From IMG/VR virus record IMGVR_UViG_3300011337_000065, positions 1 to 33,924 of that record: DNA of 33,924 nucleotides, one strand, 5' to 3'. Below the pieces are notes generated by a model, which did no database searches, was not told the origin of the DNA, and was given only the letters and a program-made list of their open reading frames with translations. The stretch comes from a virus. Taxonomy: Duplodnaviria; Caudoviricetes. The position numbers and the translations under genes are program-made. Shown in pieces: positions 32,323-33,924 of this stretch. Each line of letters opens with the position of its first letter. Position 1 is the stretch's first letter.

Positions 32323-32453
32323 TAAAAAAGCAGATTCACATCAGCATTGAAACGCTGATGCACAAGTGGCCGGTGTTTGGCATTGGCTTTTCTGGTGGCG
32401 AATTTTTTGTCTCGCTGTGGCTTGTTGATGTGCGCATCTGGAGGGGCTATTGA
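32319..32453 (+). CDS. Small hypothetical protein, 44 aa (GTG start)
   Basis: GGAGG RBS, with GTGA and TGATG overlaps to both neighbours. Confidence 0.55.
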   Translation: MIKKQIHISIETLMHKWPVFGIGFSGGEFFVSLWLVDVRIWRGY

Positions 32454-32941
32454 TGCAAAAAAAGAAGCGCCAGCAGCGGAGGAAGTACTACACCATCATG
32501 GACGAGATGATGGCCAGTCCAACTGAGCCATTGCCTGCTGCGCACCGCACGCACCAGCTCACCATGATGTATGAGGGATTGAATGCAATGGAGACAGCGC
32601 CAACACCCACCACGGACGACTGGCGTGTGGTTTCCGATGCAGTCAACCTCATGGAGACGCTGGTGCTCGACATGAAGGTCTGCGAGGATTCTGGTGGCTT
32701 GCTGATGGATGCCATCACCGCTTTGGCGGTCGCTGGCAAGCGAAACAGGGCCGGTGGCACCATTCGTATGGATGGGACTGGAATTCAGGCTGTACGCGCC
32801 CTTTTGAGCGACTATGCTGCCCTTCTGGAAGTGTTGCCTGCTCGGGTGATGATTCGTTGCCACCGATTGACCGAAAAACGACTGCATGACCTACTCGATG
32901 GCAAGCGCAGGCCGCATGATGTGGAGATCACATCAATCTAG
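32453..32941 (+). CDS. Hypothetical helical protein with basic N-terminus
   Basis: About 162-aa ORF starting at a TGATG overlap. Confidence 0.7.
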   Translation: MQKKKRQQRRKYYTIMDEMMASPTEPLPAAHRTHQLTMMYEGLNAMETAPTPTTDDWRVVSDAVNLMETLVLDMKVCEDSGGLLMDAITALAVAGKRNRAGGTIRMDGTGIQAVRALLSDYAALLEVLPARVMIRCHRLTEKRLHDLLDGKRRPHDVEITSI

Positions 32942-32955
32942 GTGTTTTTACCTAG

Positions 32956-32986
32956 TTGCATTTATTGTGGGACTTCGTGGTATAGT
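32956..32986 (+). promoter_or_regulatory. Putative extended -10 promoter
   Basis: TG-G-TATAGT at 32978-32986. TTGCAT at 32956 has a non-optimal 19-nt spacer. AAGGAG RBS follows downstream. Confidence 0.5.
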
Positions 32987-33020
32987 GTGACCACATTAAC
33001 CAACCAGCAAGGAGCTGATC

Positions 33021-33185
33021 GTGAAACATTCAAACTTTGAAACACCTCGTAATTTTGCAGACTGCACATGGGTGCAGGGCTATGGCCGCGAGGAGCCGCT
33101 TTGGGAGCGCGTGGCAGGCTATGTGCTGGCCTTTGCCATTGGCGCTGGTCTGGCGGTGTTGTTGGTCGCCTGGTGGTCTTCGTGA
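33021..33185 (+). CDS. Small single-TM protein, 54 aa (GTG start; not in ORF track)
   Basis: AAGGAG RBS. MKHSNFETPRNFADC...VAGYVLAFAIGAGLAVLLVAWWSS*. Confidence 0.7.
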   Translation: MKHSNFETPRNFADCTWVQGYGREEPLWERVAGYVLAFAIGAGLAVLLVAWWSS

Positions 33186-33373
33186 ACTGTTGCGACGAAT
33201 ACGGCAATTGCACTCAGGGCCGTGACTGCCCTGTGCGTGCTTTGTCAGATCAAGTGCAGCCTTCAATTTTTAAGCGCCTTCTCAGGCGCTTTTCTTATTG
33301 GCTGCTGACTGCCATTATCGGCCTGCTATGGCTGGCCTTCTTGCTGTACTGCGCTTATATTTACGCAAACTGA
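33182..33373 (+). CDS. Small Cys-motif single-TM protein, 63 aa
   Basis: GTGA overlap. MNCCDEYGNCTQGRDCPVR...WLLTAIIGLLWLAFLLYCAYIY. Confidence 0.65.
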   Translation: MNCCDEYGNCTQGRDCPVRALSDQVQPSIFKRLLRRFSYWLLTAIIGLLWLAFLLYCAYIYAN

Positions 33374-33798
33374 CGAGTGCCTGCCTTGTCGATGATCAGT
33401 GCCTGCTTGCGTGGGCTGGTGTCCTCACTGTTTGGCACGCTGATGTGCGTCCAGCGATCAAACTCGCGGATGATCTGGTCGTAGCCAATGCCACTGGCCA
33501 CAATCTTGCGCACCACCTCGTCTGGTGTCATGCCTGGCACCTTGAAGTCGGCAGCGCATCCGAGTCGGTGCTGGCTGGTGTCTTTGCTTCCCACTGCATC
33601 ATTGACGAGCTTGGTGCGCAGGCCTGAGCTGATCATGATTGGCTTGCCGCCCAGCACCACCTTCACCTGCTCCAGAAAGTCTGCCAGGCGCGTCAGATTG
33701 GCAAGCTCGGTGTCATTGGGGCTGTTGTCCCAGCCATTGCGTTCTGCGATCTCGCTGGCTGTTAGTTCTTCCAAGGTGAAATGTGGTGTGAGATTCAC
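33361..33798 (-). CDS. Endolysin, peptidase M15A-like
   Basis: LTPHFTLEELTAS, ISSGLR, SQH..G.AADF and WTHIS (His/Asp/His Zn ligands). The GTG start overlaps the holin stop across the circular junction. Confidence 0.88.
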   Translation of the reverse strand: MNLTPHFTLEELTASEIAERNGWDNSPNDTELANLTRLADFLEQVKVVLGGKPIMISSGLRTKLVNDAVGSKDTSQHRLGCAADFKVPGMTPDEVVRKIVASGIGYDQIIREFDRWTHISVPNSEDTSPRKQALIIDKAGTRQFA

Positions 33799-33924
33799 TT
33801 CTTGCTCCTCATGTCTGCGAGTTTCTCAACAGTGCGGCCACCAAAGTAGGCCAAGAAAATGATCTGTCCCCACTGGCCAAGCAGCTGGACATAGGATTCC
33901 TGATCGTTGTAGCCGAAGGCTGAC
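33743..33924. repeat. Terminal direct repeat (right copy)
   Basis: Matches bases 1-182 at 176/182 positions. Confidence 0.95.

Noticed and set aside
1-33924. tRNA, rRNA, intron/intein, transposase
   Set aside because: No cloverleaf or rRNA-like sequence was seen. TerL, portal, primase-helicase and helicase have ordinary lengths without insertions, and intergenic gaps are too short.

Overview
This window is an apparently complete, circularly assembled tailed-phage genome of about 33,742 bp. Bases 1-182 repeat 33743-33924 with 6 mismatches, which looks like an assembly overlap. The minus strand (about 25.8 kb down to base 1, continuing across the junction to 33361) carries a Cro-like HTH, a primase-helicase, a ParB-N/DNA methyltransferase fusion and TerS/TerL. 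It then carries a P22-like podovirus virion module: portal, scaffold, coat, gp4- and gp10-like tail proteins, three ejection proteins, a stand-alone head-binding anchor, a fibre and a beta-helix tailspike. It ends in a lysis cluster with a 3-TM holin and an M15 peptidase endolysin. The plus strand (25963-33373) carries a recombination/replication operon (AAA_24 ATPase, DUF669-like SSB, Cas4-like nuclease, RadD-like helicase, VRR-NUC, Arc-like regulator) and small accessory ORFs. I see no integrase, DNA polymerase, tRNA or CRISPR array. The most notable observations are: (1) a DDxxD isoprenoid-synthase-like protein coupled to the first ejection protein; (2) a perfect 6+6 bp H-type pseudoknot in the scaffold leader; (3) a split receptor-binding system (P22 anchor plus a tailspike starting MALTK); (4) an iteron origin with a perfect DnaA box; and (5) repeat-bounded accessory gene cassettes inside a high-GC block. 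All family assignments come from motif recognition and synteny by eye. No searches were run.
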